A stretch of DNA of 64,000 nt from a virus. The translations under genes were made by a program, and so were the position numbers. The stretch is taken from IMG/VR virus record IMGVR_UViG_3300047393_000086, positions 1 through 64,000 of that record. One strand, given 5' to 3'. Shown one piece after another: positions 1 to 6,583 of this stretch. How positions within the stretch are numbered: the stretch's first letter is position 1; every line of letters begins with the position of its first letter. The notes beneath the pieces are model-generated. The model was not told where the DNA came from. It did no database searches and saw only the letters and a list, made by a program, of their open reading frames with translations.

Positions 1-58
1 TCGAGCCCACTCCTCTAGATTTTCAGTCTAGCGCAATCACCTGATCTGCCAAAGCTCC
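1..58 (-). tRNA. tRNA-Phe(GAA), 3' end truncated by window edge
   Basis: Minus strand GGAGCTTTGGCAGATCAGGTGATTGCG-CTAGA-CTGAAAA-TCTAG-AGGAGTGGGCTCGA; D arm and anticodon arm intact. Confidence 0.85.
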
Positions 59-122
59 TTGCCTTTTTTAGAGTTTTTAATAGAACATTAGAACTCAAGG
101 ACAGTACGACCTAAAAACTAAC

Positions 123-208
123 TGGTGGGATGTGATGGAGTCAAACCACCCGAGTCATAAGACAAACGATTTACAGTCGTTCCCGCTATCCCTACGGTAT
201 AACATCCC
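123..208 (-). tRNA. tRNA-Tyr(GTA)
   Basis: Cloverleaf with loop CTGTAAA, long variable arm and encoded CCA. T loop is the variant TTTGACT. Confidence 0.9.
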
Positions 209-709
209 TTATTTTGTAAAATAATAATTCTTCCAAGAATCTCCTAAATAATCCTCTATAGATATAAGATCTTTAGATTTAATTACATTTGAATGAGCTA
301 GCCTGTGACAATTTGGACAAATATACGTTAAATTAGTATTTTCATTACTTCCTCCATCCTTGCGTGGAATAATATGATGTACATCTCCTACAACACCATC
401 ATGAAACCATCCACATGAAAAACATGGTAATTTCATTCTTCTTAATATTTTCATAGTGGTTCTATTACTCATATCAAGTATTGATGTTGCTTCTACCTTT
501 CTAACATATGCAGCATGTTTTGCTATAGATCTAATAGATTTCCTTTCATCTTTACCGGTATTATCAGAACTTAAAGTTCTACTAACCTTTTCATTAATTT
601 CTGTTCTTTTGGCCTTTGTGCTAAAACCCCTTGAACATTTAGTTGAACAAAATCTACCAGAACCGTAAGTTCCTTCATGTTCATTTCCGCAATTTTCGCA
701 TTTTTTCAT
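209..709 (-). CDS. HNH homing endonuclease with N-terminal Cys/Zn motif
   Basis: CFSC...DVHHIIPRKDGGSNENTNLTYICPNCHRLAH HNH motif. Stop codon abuts the tRNA-Tyr 5' end; late-type promoter at 732-739. Confidence 0.85.
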   Translation of the reverse strand: MKKCENCGNEHEGTYGSGRFCSTKCSRGFSTKAKRTEINEKVSRTLSSDNTGKDERKSIRSIAKHAAYVRKVEATSILDMSNRTTMKILRRMKLPCFSCGWFHDGVVGDVHHIIPRKDGGSNENTNLTYICPNCHRLAHSNVIKSKDLISIEDYLGDSWKNYYFTK

Positions 710-848
710 AATATTAAGTATGTTTATATACTATATATCTATTCGAATGTGTAAAAAATGTTACAGTAGTTCAAAAATATCCAATTTTGATGGGCTCATC
801 TGATAATATGTTTCAATTACCCAGCACTTGAGATTGGCAACTCCTTGT

Positions 849-922
849 ACATCTTGAAGGATTCGAACCTACGACCTCCTCGGTGTAAACGAGGCGCTCT
901 GAACCAACTGAGCTAAAGGTGC
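849..922 (-). tRNA. tRNA-Val(TAC)
   Basis: TAGCTCAGTTGG D arm, CCTCG-TTTACAC-CGAGG anticodon arm, GGTTCGAATCC T arm. Confidence 0.9.
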
Positions 923-1026
923 ATGGAGCTTCATAATGTTCACAACTAATAACCATATTGGATTATTCATTTACGTCTGCAACAGCTTTTAACTGAGAGA
1001 TTGCAGAATTGTGTATGAAGCATTTG

Positions 1027-1099
1027 TGACCCCGGCGGGCTACGATCCCACTACCCCCAAGTTAAAAGCTTGGTGCTCTACCGATTGAGCTACGAAGTC
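1027..1099 (-). tRNA. tRNA-Lys(TTT)
   Basis: CCAAG-CTTTTAA-CTTGG anticodon arm. T loop is the variant ATCGTAG. Confidence 0.88.
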
Positions 1100-1288
1100 T
1101 GGTGTAGGCAATTACGTTTTTAAAGAACTAGAGCCAACATTAAAACTTTTAAAGAGTATAAAAGAAACATCTTACCTAAGACCGCGAATCCATGCAAGAC
1201 TTAACTACACCAAACATTTTATTTGCAACTTAAATGTCTGTCACGTTACTACACTTCCGGTTTCTTTTATTGCGTCTAGTATTTTACT

Positions 1289-1360
1289 ACGACAATATAG
1301 GATTCGAACCTATGATTCCGGCCCCTATGGCCAGCGTGTTCTCCGCTACACTAATCGCCG
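1289..1360 (-). ncRNA. Atypical tRNA-like RNA (loop CATAGGG, lacks U33)
   Basis: Acceptor CGGCGAT/ATTGTCG, D stem GTGT/ACAC, stem CTGGC/GCCGG, T arm ATAGG-TTCGAAT-CCTAT. Confidence 0.65.
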
Positions 1361-1390
1361 CAACTATTATTACCTTCAACTTTTCTCTTT

Positions 1391-1518
1391 GTGACTGTAA
1401 GGGGATTCGAACCGTGATGATTACTAACTCGCGACACTTTCATCATCTTTCATTAACCTAGTCGTTAGACGTCTGATTTACCGGCAGACCTAGTTTTACC
1501 TTTACTAGTATACAATCA
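1391..1518 (-). ncRNA. tRNA-like RNA with very large variable-region insert
   Basis: 8-bp acceptor TGATTGTA/TACAGTCA, D stem CTAGT/ACTAG, GTCTG/CAGAC arm, insert of about 55 nt, then GGTTCGAATCC. Confidence 0.55.
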
Positions 1519-1523
1519 TTTAG

Positions 1524-1595
1524 TAGCGGGGGCAGGATTCGAACCTGCGACCTTCGGGTTATGAGCCCGCTGAGCTACCTCTGCTCTACCCCGCA
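1524..1595 (-). tRNA. tRNA-fMet(CAT), initiator type
   Basis: GCGGG-CTCATAA-CCCG with three consecutive G-C pairs in the anticodon stem and an unpaired 1:72 position. Confidence 0.9.
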
Positions 1596-1601
1596 ATATA
1601 T

Positions 1602-1695
1602 GCTGATTAGGATGGATTCGAACCATAATCCTGTTTCCTCTTTCAGGTACTCCGACCTTACTCCATTCTACTGTGCGCCTTTACACCATAATCAA
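1602..1695 (-). ncRNA. tRNA-like RNA with unrecognisable anticodon arm
   Basis: Acceptor TGATTA/TAATCA, D arm GTG..CAC, T arm ATGG-TTCGAAT-CCAT; middle region expanded. Confidence 0.55.
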
Positions 1696-1744
1696 TCGTC
1701 AGTTTCGAACCTGACAGCCTTAAGGTAATTACTCTTAAGATTTG

Positions 1745-1824
1745 TTGCGATTAAAGGACTCGAACCTCTGTTGGGTATATCTACCAATACGGCTCATGAG
1801 ACCGTCAATGCACCTGCATCGCAA
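1745..1824 (-). ncRNA. Atypical tRNA(CAT) with truncated D arm and long variable arm
   Basis: Acceptor TTGCGAT/ATCGCAA, ACGGT-CTCATGA-GCCGT, variable TTGG..CCAA, T arm AGAGG-TTCGAGT-CCTTT. Confidence 0.6.
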
Positions 1825-1894
1825 TAAATACCTGTCTTTCCAGATTGTCAGCGTTCTATTAAAAATGGAAGAAGTTTTGCGCCTATACCTTTTG

Positions 1895-1992
1895 TAATTA
1901 TGATTGGATTCGAACCAATTTCAGCTTTACCATAAAGAGTATATTTCAACTCAACCTTGGGGAGGTGCCGCCAACCAATGGCCTCATAATCA
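1895..1992 (-). ncRNA. tRNA-like RNA with three small hairpins replacing the anticodon and variable arms
   Basis: Acceptor GATTATGA/TCATAATT, D GCC/GGC, hairpins ACCT/AGGT, GAGT/ACTC and CTTTA/TAAAG, T arm ATTGG-TTCGAAT-CCAAT. Confidence 0.55.
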
Positions 1993-1994
1993 TT

Positions 1995-2072
1995 TGGAGC
2001 AGAGATAGGATTCGAACCTATAACCTAATCCGGCCTATTACCGGTTGCACGTCCAATTGTGCTTCAACGCTC
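1995..2072 (-). ncRNA. Atypical tRNA-like RNA (loop TAATAGG)
   Basis: D stem GCAC/GTGC, CCGG/CCGG arm, T arm ATAGG-TTCGAAT-CCTAT. Acceptor only partly paired; ends CCA. Confidence 0.55.
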
Positions 2073-2077
2073 ATATT

Positions 2078-2192
2078 TGCGAAGTGAATGGATTCGAACC
2101 ATTTGTCTGTACTTGTACGACTTTAACCAGACCACTCCTAGAGCTGCAGCTCTGTTATAATGTATGCATCAACCTCTAAATGCTTTCCCTTT
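2078..2192 (-). ncRNA. Degenerate or expanded tRNA-like element
   Basis: T arm AATGG-TTCGAAT-CCATT, D-like GCAT/ATGC, internal AGAGCTGCAGCTCT hairpin. Acceptor weak. Confidence 0.4.
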
Positions 2193-2194
2193 GA

Positions 2195-2345
2195 CTATTA
2201 CGGATGTGGACTCGAACCACATTATTTCAGTTACCTATGCGTTTTACTTTAAGCTGCCTTATTACTAAGGTTTCGAAGCGCATCTTTGATTAGGGAGCGA
2301 CCCTATCTCTAACGTCTTAAAGTAATTTGTTAGTCTTTTCCTTAC
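2195..2345 (-). ncRNA. Structured RNA ending in a tRNA T arm
   Basis: ATGTGG-TTCGAGT-CCACAT at the 3' end, upstream hairpins TAGGG/CCCTA and CCTTA/TAAGG. 5' boundary uncertain. Confidence 0.4.
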
Positions 2346-2422
2346 CTCTTAATAATTATAATTGCCAGTCAGATGTTACCCTCTGATGCTTACCAGAACT
2401 CGCTGGAATAATTATTAAATTG

Positions 2423-2494
2423 AGCAGATAGGGAGAATCGAACTCCCATCTTCAGATTGGAAGTCTGAAGTAATGACCATTATACGATATCTGC
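2423..2494 (-). tRNA. tRNA-Gly(TCC)
   Basis: TCAGA-CTTCCAA-TCTGA anticodon arm; full cloverleaf. Confidence 0.92.
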
Positions 2495-2538
2495 ATTATT
2501 TACCAAGATTTCAAATAACGTTTGTTTTAATTTGTTAT

Positions 2539-2606
2539 GTAAATATAAACAATTTTTTTCAATCCTGAAAACTTTTTATGTTAATTTTTTGTTAAAGTTA
2601 TTAACA
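2539..2606 (-). promoter_or_regulatory. Early-type promoter (TATATTTAC) with upstream TTAAC direct repeats
   Basis: Copy of a recurring intergenic motif also at 4568, 6523, 12045, 13285, 14189, 19113, 19331, 35696 and 57393. Confidence 0.65.
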
Positions 2607-2610
2607 ATTG

Positions 2611-2684
2611 TGGTCCATCTAGGATTCGAACCTAGGACCCTCTCGTTATGAGCGAGGCGCTCTACCAGACTGAGCTAAAAGACC
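2611..2684 (-). tRNA. tRNA(CAT), Ile2 or elongator Met
   Basis: CCTCG-CTCATAA-CGAGA anticodon arm; body resembles the Ile(GAT) tRNA at 2827. Confidence 0.88.
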
Positions 2685-2746
2685 GTTTAGAGTTTTCACG
2701 TTATTAAAGCCAACGTCCGGAATAATCTCTCAACCAAACCACTTTG

Positions 2747-2818
2747 TTACTCCTAATGGAATCGAACCACTGCCGCATGGATCAAAACCATGTGTACTAA
2801 CCGTTATACGAAGGAGTA
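2747..2818 (-). tRNA. tRNA-Gln(TTG)
   Basis: CATGG-TTTTGAT-CCATG; T1-A72 first pair. Confidence 0.9.
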
Positions 2819-2826
2819 TTAATATG

Positions 2827-2900
2827 TAGGCAATAATGGACTCGAACCATTGACCTCCTCGGTATCAGCGAGGCGCTCTAACCAACTGAGCTAAATGCCT
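2827..2900 (-). tRNA. tRNA-Ile(GAT)
   Basis: CCTCG-CTGATAC-CGAGG. Confidence 0.92.
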
Positions 2901-2904
2901 GAAT

Positions 2905-3062
2905 TTGGAAGGTCACCAACAGCACCTTCCTTGGTAGTTTTAGGAATAATTGACATTCCAAGGTTTCGAATTGTTTAACGTCTTGTTCTAAAAGACTCAA
3001 CGACTGTTGCATCGTCGCCGCACGAGACTACTTCTACCTTAACGCGAACTGGTTTTAAGCTT
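2905..3062 (-). ncRNA. Putative structured ncRNA of unknown family
   Basis: GC-richer non-coding stretch with hairpins GTCTT/AAGAC, CCTTGG/CCAAGG and GGAAGG/CCTTCC. Confidence 0.4.
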
Positions 3063-3065
3063 ATT

Positions 3066-3701
3066 TTATATGATTTTACGACCTAATCTCCATCCTTCAG
3101 GTATCATATCACCTTTATTGATTTTCTTAGATTCAATTTCGTTTGTTATCCAACACTTTCCATATTGAGAGTTATTAGATCCTTTTTGTTTAAGGGAATT
3201 AGATTCTCCTATTTTTCTTTTAGTTTCTTCTGAATGAGATTTACCAGTGAAATTATCATATTTTACATTTCCACTCTTATGGTTTTTAATAGATCCATTT
3301 CTTAATATTTCTTTCATTCTAATAGAATAGTCAATATTGCTCCATTTGTTATTTAACCATACTCTAGCGCCTTCTCGTAGGTTTAGACTGTGTGTATCGT
3401 CTGATATTCCTCCACCACCTCCTAATTGAAGATTCATACATAACTCTTCGTTAATCAATTCAACATTAACGATTTGTTTTTCTCTTTCTTTTAATGTTTT
3501 TCTATCAGGTAAGAATTCTAATATTTCGCAATCATGATTGTCTTTACCATGTTTATTGATTGAATACCATAATCTTTTGCCTGAACCAATATAACCATCT
3601 TCTAGATTATCTGTTGAATGCATTCCAATATAAAACTTGTTTGTAATAATACATGTAGTTTTATAAATGTAGTGATATTTTCTTCTTTGAGCTCTTTCCA
3701 T
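3066..3701 (-). CDS. GIY-YIG (Seg-like) homing endonuclease with NUMOD3
   Basis: YIYKTT..KFYIGMH..Y.GSG N-terminus and GKSHSEETKRKI NUMOD3 motif; late-type promoter at 3728-3735. Confidence 0.88.
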   Translation of the reverse strand: MERAQRRKYHYIYKTTCIITNKFYIGMHSTDNLEDGYIGSGKRLWYSINKHGKDNHDCEILEFLPDRKTLKEREKQIVNVELINEELCMNLQLGGGGGISDDTHSLNLREGARVWLNNKWSNIDYSIRMKEILRNGSIKNHKSGNVKYDNFTGKSHSEETKRKIGESNSLKQKGSNNSQYGKCWITNEIESKKINKGDMIPEGWRLGRKII

Positions 3702-3761
3702 GGATATTTAGATATTTTTCTATAATCTATATATCTATGGAAATGGCAAAAAGTTTCACAG

Positions 3762-3833
3762 TACTGCCACGGAGAATCGAACTCCGATTTTTAGGATGAA
3801 AACCTAATGTCCTAACCGTTAGACGATGGCAGC
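3762..3833 (-). tRNA. tRNA-Glu(TTC)
   Basis: TTAGG-TTTTCAT-CCTAA. Confidence 0.9.
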
Positions 3834-3839
3834 ATTTTG

Positions 3840-3911
3840 CGGACTTGGGGAATTTCGAAATCCCGACCCTTCACTTAACAGGCGAACGCTCTTCCTCTGA
3901 GCTACAAGTCC
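3840..3911 (-). tRNA. tRNA-Asn(GTT)
   Basis: TTCGC-CTGTTAA-GTGAA. Confidence 0.88.
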
Positions 3912-4016
3912 AATTTACTCTAGCACCACCTAGAGCCTTTGTCCGGCTTGTCCAAATAACTCACAACCGATTGTTGCGTTAAGGACCGAAGCTTGTAACC
4001 GGCGATCAATGCATTG

Positions 4017-4092
4017 TCTGGTAGGCAGGATTCGAACCTGCGTGCTCTAGCGTCCAAGGCCAGCGAGATAAACCGGGCTCCTCTACTACCAG
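4017..4092 (-). tRNA. tRNA-Pro(TGG)
   Basis: CTGGC-CTTGGAC-GCTAG. Confidence 0.9.
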
Positions 4093-4098
4093 TTAATT

Positions 4099-4175
4099 TG
4101 GCGGCTCGTATGGGACTCGAACCCATGACCTTCGCCGTGACAGGGCGACATTGTAACCAACTCTACTAACGAGCC
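4099..4175 (-). tRNA. tRNA-Asp(GTC)
   Basis: TCGCC-CTGTCAC-GGCGA; encoded CCA. Confidence 0.92.
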
Positions 4176-4184
4176 AAATTTTTG

Positions 4185-4257
4185 AGCCTCCTGTCGGGCT
4201 CGAACCAACGACCTGATCATTACAAATGATCTGCTCTACCAACTGAGCTAAGGAGGC
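4185..4257 (-). tRNA. tRNA-Thr(TGT)
   Basis: GATCA-TTTGTAA-TGATC. Confidence 0.92.
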
Positions 4258-4345
4258 AAATTTGATAGGTGACCATCCTATCATGAAACTTCCATGGATG
4301 TTTCTTTTCTTTATAGAATCCGTAGATACTGTAGGAACATTTTTG

Positions 4346-4425
4346 TACCCAAGGAGGGAGTCGAACCCTCAAGCTTTCGCCACGGCTTCTAAGACCGCTG
4401 TGTCTACCAGTTCCACCACTCGGGC
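4346..4425 (-). tRNA. tRNA-Leu(TAG)
   Basis: GCGGT-CTTAGAA-GCCGT with variable arm. Confidence 0.9.
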
Positions 4426-4432
4426 AATTTTG

Positions 4433-4517
4433 CGGAGGATGTAGGATTCGAACCTACGGTACCTTGCGGTACAACGGTTTTCAAGACCGCCGCGATCGAC
4501 CACTCTGCCAATCCTCC
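4433..4517 (-). tRNA. tRNA-Ser(TGA)
   Basis: GCGGT-CTTGAAA-ACCGT, long variable arm GTACC-GCAA-GGTAC. Confidence 0.92.
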
Positions 4518-4637
4518 TTAATTTCTATGCCAAGATGTCAATGAACATTTGTTCTAAATTTTGATATGTAAATATAATCAAAACTTTTTAAACCCGAAAA
4601 CTTTAAATGTTAAATTTATGTTAAAGTTTTCTTTTTG

Positions 4638-4708
4638 AGTCCGGTGTTGGAATCGAACCAACTTATCAGAGTTTGCAATCCTGTGCCTAACCAATCGACC
4701 AACCGAAC
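4638..4708 (-). tRNA. tRNA-Cys(GCA)
   Basis: CAGGA-TTGCAAA-CTCTG; U discriminator. Confidence 0.88.
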
Positions 4709-4718
4709 CTGTAAAATC

Positions 4719-4752
4719 AAAAAAGGACCATTCATTTCTGAAAGGTCCTTTT
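4719..4752 (-). terminator. Intrinsic terminator (putative attenuator) immediately 5' of tRNA-Cys
   Basis: Minus strand AAAAGGACC-T-TTCA-GAAA-TGAA-T-GGTCCTTTTTT. Confidence 0.8.
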
Positions 4753-4775
4753 GAATATTTTGTATGTTAATAGAT

Positions 4776-4913
4776 TTAACTCATATTAACATTTTTGTTT
4801 CCAAAAGAACCGTCTTGCTTCCAATCCGAATTACTAAAATACTGCTCACATATCGGGTTGCCTGTCGTAAGGACTGGTTGTTCCATAATGATATGTTTTT
4901 GAATTGCTTGCAT
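4776..4913 (-). CDS. Putative 45-aa leader peptide MQAIQKHIIMEQPVLTTGNPICEQYFSNSDWKQDGSFGNKNVNMS
   Basis: Read manually (below the ORF-track cutoff). A-rich start context, promoters at 4969-4997, followed by alternative hairpins. Confidence 0.65.
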   Translation of the reverse strand: MQAIQKHIIMEQPVLTTGNPICEQYFSNSDWKQDGSFGNKNVNMS

Positions 4914-4968
4914 TTTAATTGTTTTTGTTTGTTCTAATCTATATATAAGATTTAATTTTCTTATGTAT

Positions 4969-4997
4969 ATTATAGATCTATATATCTTTTTGTTTCA
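4969..4997 (-). promoter_or_regulatory. Middle-type promoter TGAAAC-N17-TATAAT with nested late-type GATATATA
   Basis: The same 17-nt-spaced motif recurs upstream of thioredoxin, gp44, gp55, gp41 and gp45. Confidence 0.65.
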
Positions 4998-5034
4998 TTA
5001 AATTTCACTTTAATTTGAACTATTTTTAATTATT

Positions 5035-5328
5035 TTAAAAAAGTTCATTTCCGAGTGAATTTGACCACTTTACCAGAATATCTCCGTGACATTTATTTGG
5101 CTTACACCAACATCCAAGAGTCTTTCCCTGTAATTCTATCAAAGAATTAAATAAAGTTTCATTTTCTAGAAGATATTTTTCATATTTTTCTAGGGCTTCT
5201 GCTCTATTCTTGACCCTAAATTCTGCAAGGGTCCCTTCTTTATGTGAATATGGATTTCCCCATTTTGAGGGTCTTCCGATATAAACATCGTAAGGTTCTT
5301 TTTTAAGATGAACTATCTTTGTTTGCAT
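5035..5328 (-). CDS. DUF4326-like protein
   Basis: DVYIGRPSKWGNPY...L.GKTLGCWCKP..CHGDIL motif. Confidence 0.8.
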   Translation of the reverse strand: MQTKIVHLKKEPYDVYIGRPSKWGNPYSHKEGTLAEFRVKNRAEALEKYEKYLLENETLFNSLIELQGKTLGCWCKPNKCHGDILVKWSNSLGNELF

Positions 5329-5342
5329 CTTTATTTAATTTG

Positions 5343-5460
5343 TTGTCAGGACAGGATTCGAACCTGTATCTACGTCTAGTCTTGTTTAGCCGACCATACC
5401 CAACAAGAGCGTCTACCATGAAAGGATCTTTAATATTCCTAACTATTCCGCCACCTGACT
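5343..5460 (-). ncRNA. Leu-like tRNA scaffold with inserted D loop and enlarged anticodon loop
   Basis: GTCAGG/CCTGAC acceptor, TGGCGGAAT..[insert]..GGTAGACGC, TCTTGTT/AACAAGA arm with 15-nt loop, ACAGG-TTCGAAT-CCTGT. Confidence 0.6.
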
Positions 5461-5625
5461 ATTTTCGCTGATATTAAAACTTGTTCAATCACTTTAAAAA
5501 AATATCAACTTGCTACTTACTATATTTAGGCTCGCCAATCCTGTATCATATTATAATTTACCTGAACCTTCGTTGGGTTGTTGATTGACCACTCCCAATT
5601 ACTCAAGAAGTTTTTAAAATTTTAA

Positions 5626-5793
5626 TTACTTTACAGTGTCAACTTTTACAGTATCGACTACTGTTGAATCTACTGCTACTGAATCAACTTGAACTGCTGT
5701 TGAATCTGTTGATGTTTCTGATGTTGCAGTTGTTTTGTTACAACCTACTGCTAATGTAGCTACCAAAGCTAATGCGAAAATTACTTTTTTCAT
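5626..5793 (-). CDS. Small lipoprotein, 55 aa, with D-S/T repeats
   Basis: Manual translation MKKVIFALALVATLAVGCNKTTATSETSTDSTAVQVDSVAVDSTVVDTVKVDTVK; lipobox AVGC. Confidence 0.8.
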   Translation of the reverse strand: MKKVIFALALVATLAVGCNKTTATSETSTDSTAVQVDSVAVDSTVVDTVKVDTVK

Positions 5794-5835
5794 TTTAAAA
5801 TTTATTTAGTTAATCATGAAACTTATGTTTCATAG

Positions 5836-5906
5836 TAGCCCCGCCAAGAATCGAACTTGGAAATCCGCTTTAGAAGAGCGGCGGTATATCCGTTTACCTA
5901 CGGGGC
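5836..5906 (-). tRNA. tRNA-Arg(TCT)
   Basis: CCGCT-CTTCTAA-AGCGG. Confidence 0.9.
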
Positions 5907-5926
5907 TGTTATTCTTATTACTTTAA

Positions 5927-6280
5927 TTATACTAAAGAATCGACTTTTGTTTCAAGTTCTTTAATATGTTTACAATTGCCTCGTCTAAAAGTTGAAGCTG
6001 GACAATTACAGCTCCAAATGCCTCGTTGTCTTTTAACAACATATTCAGATTTTCCATTTGATGAAGGAACCTTAAACTCCATGTCTTTTTGAGGCTCTGG
6101 CTTCACTTCTGTTGAATCACTTACTGGTTCAATTATTATATCATCACTGAACTCTACATCATCTCTGGTAGTACCATCTTCAACAGGAATCCAACCCGGG
6201 CATATAAAGGTACCGTTTAAGGTTTTAACAATTCCAAAAGTTTGAAATACTCCGTGTCGAGGTATCTTATATTTTGCCAT
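5927..6280 (-). CDS. SWIM zinc-finger protein
   Basis: WSCNCPA....GNCKHI motif. Confidence 0.7.
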   Translation of the reverse strand: MAKYKIPRHGVFQTFGIVKTLNGTFICPGWIPVEDGTTRDDVEFSDDIIIEPVSDSTEVKPEPQKDMEFKVPSSNGKSEYVVKRQRGIWSCNCPASTFRRGNCKHIKELETKVDSLV

Positions 6281-6504
6281 TATCTTTCTAGGATTACAAA
6301 TTCACCAAATGCATTATCAAAAACTTGTAAGAGATGTTCGTAATCTCCATTCATCATTTCATTAATTAGGGCAGCACCTCGATCTTTCCATCCTAATTGG
6401 GTTGCAAATCGTTTAGCGTATGCCATAAGAACAAATGCATTACCATCAGGTCCTGTTAGATCTATAATAATTGCTCCAGTTTTTTCTTGTTTATTTCTAA
6501 TCAT
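6280..6504 (-). CDS. Hypothetical phage protein
   Basis: IDLTGPDGNAF motif; directly downstream of the early promoter at 6523. Confidence 0.7.
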   Translation of the reverse strand: MIRNKQEKTGAIIIDLTGPDGNAFVLMAYAKRFATQLGWKDRGAALINEMMNGDYEHLLQVFDNAFGEFVILER

Positions 6505-6583
6505 CTTGTTTAAATTTGATATGTAAATATAAACAAAAAAATCCAGACTAAAAAATCTGGATTGTTAAATTTATGTTAAAGTT

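Noticed and set aside
1697-1716. Isolated GTCAG-GTTCGAAA-CTGAC T-arm-like hairpin
   Set aside because: No acceptor or D arm could be built around it, so it was not called as a gene.
1391-2345. tmRNA or hammerhead ribozyme
   Set aside because: No Ala-type GGGG..TCCACCA acceptor with a tag ORF, and no CTGATGA..GAAA core found by eye. An Infernal search would be decisive.
2905-3760. Group I intron hosting the GIY-YIG gene
   Set aside because: No recognisable P7 (R/S) core, and the flanking tRNAs are intact.
1234-4444. ORF-track entries 1234-1461, 3920-4126, 4093-4284 and 4262-4444
   Set aside because: They overlap tRNA or tRNA-like genes and have no protein features.
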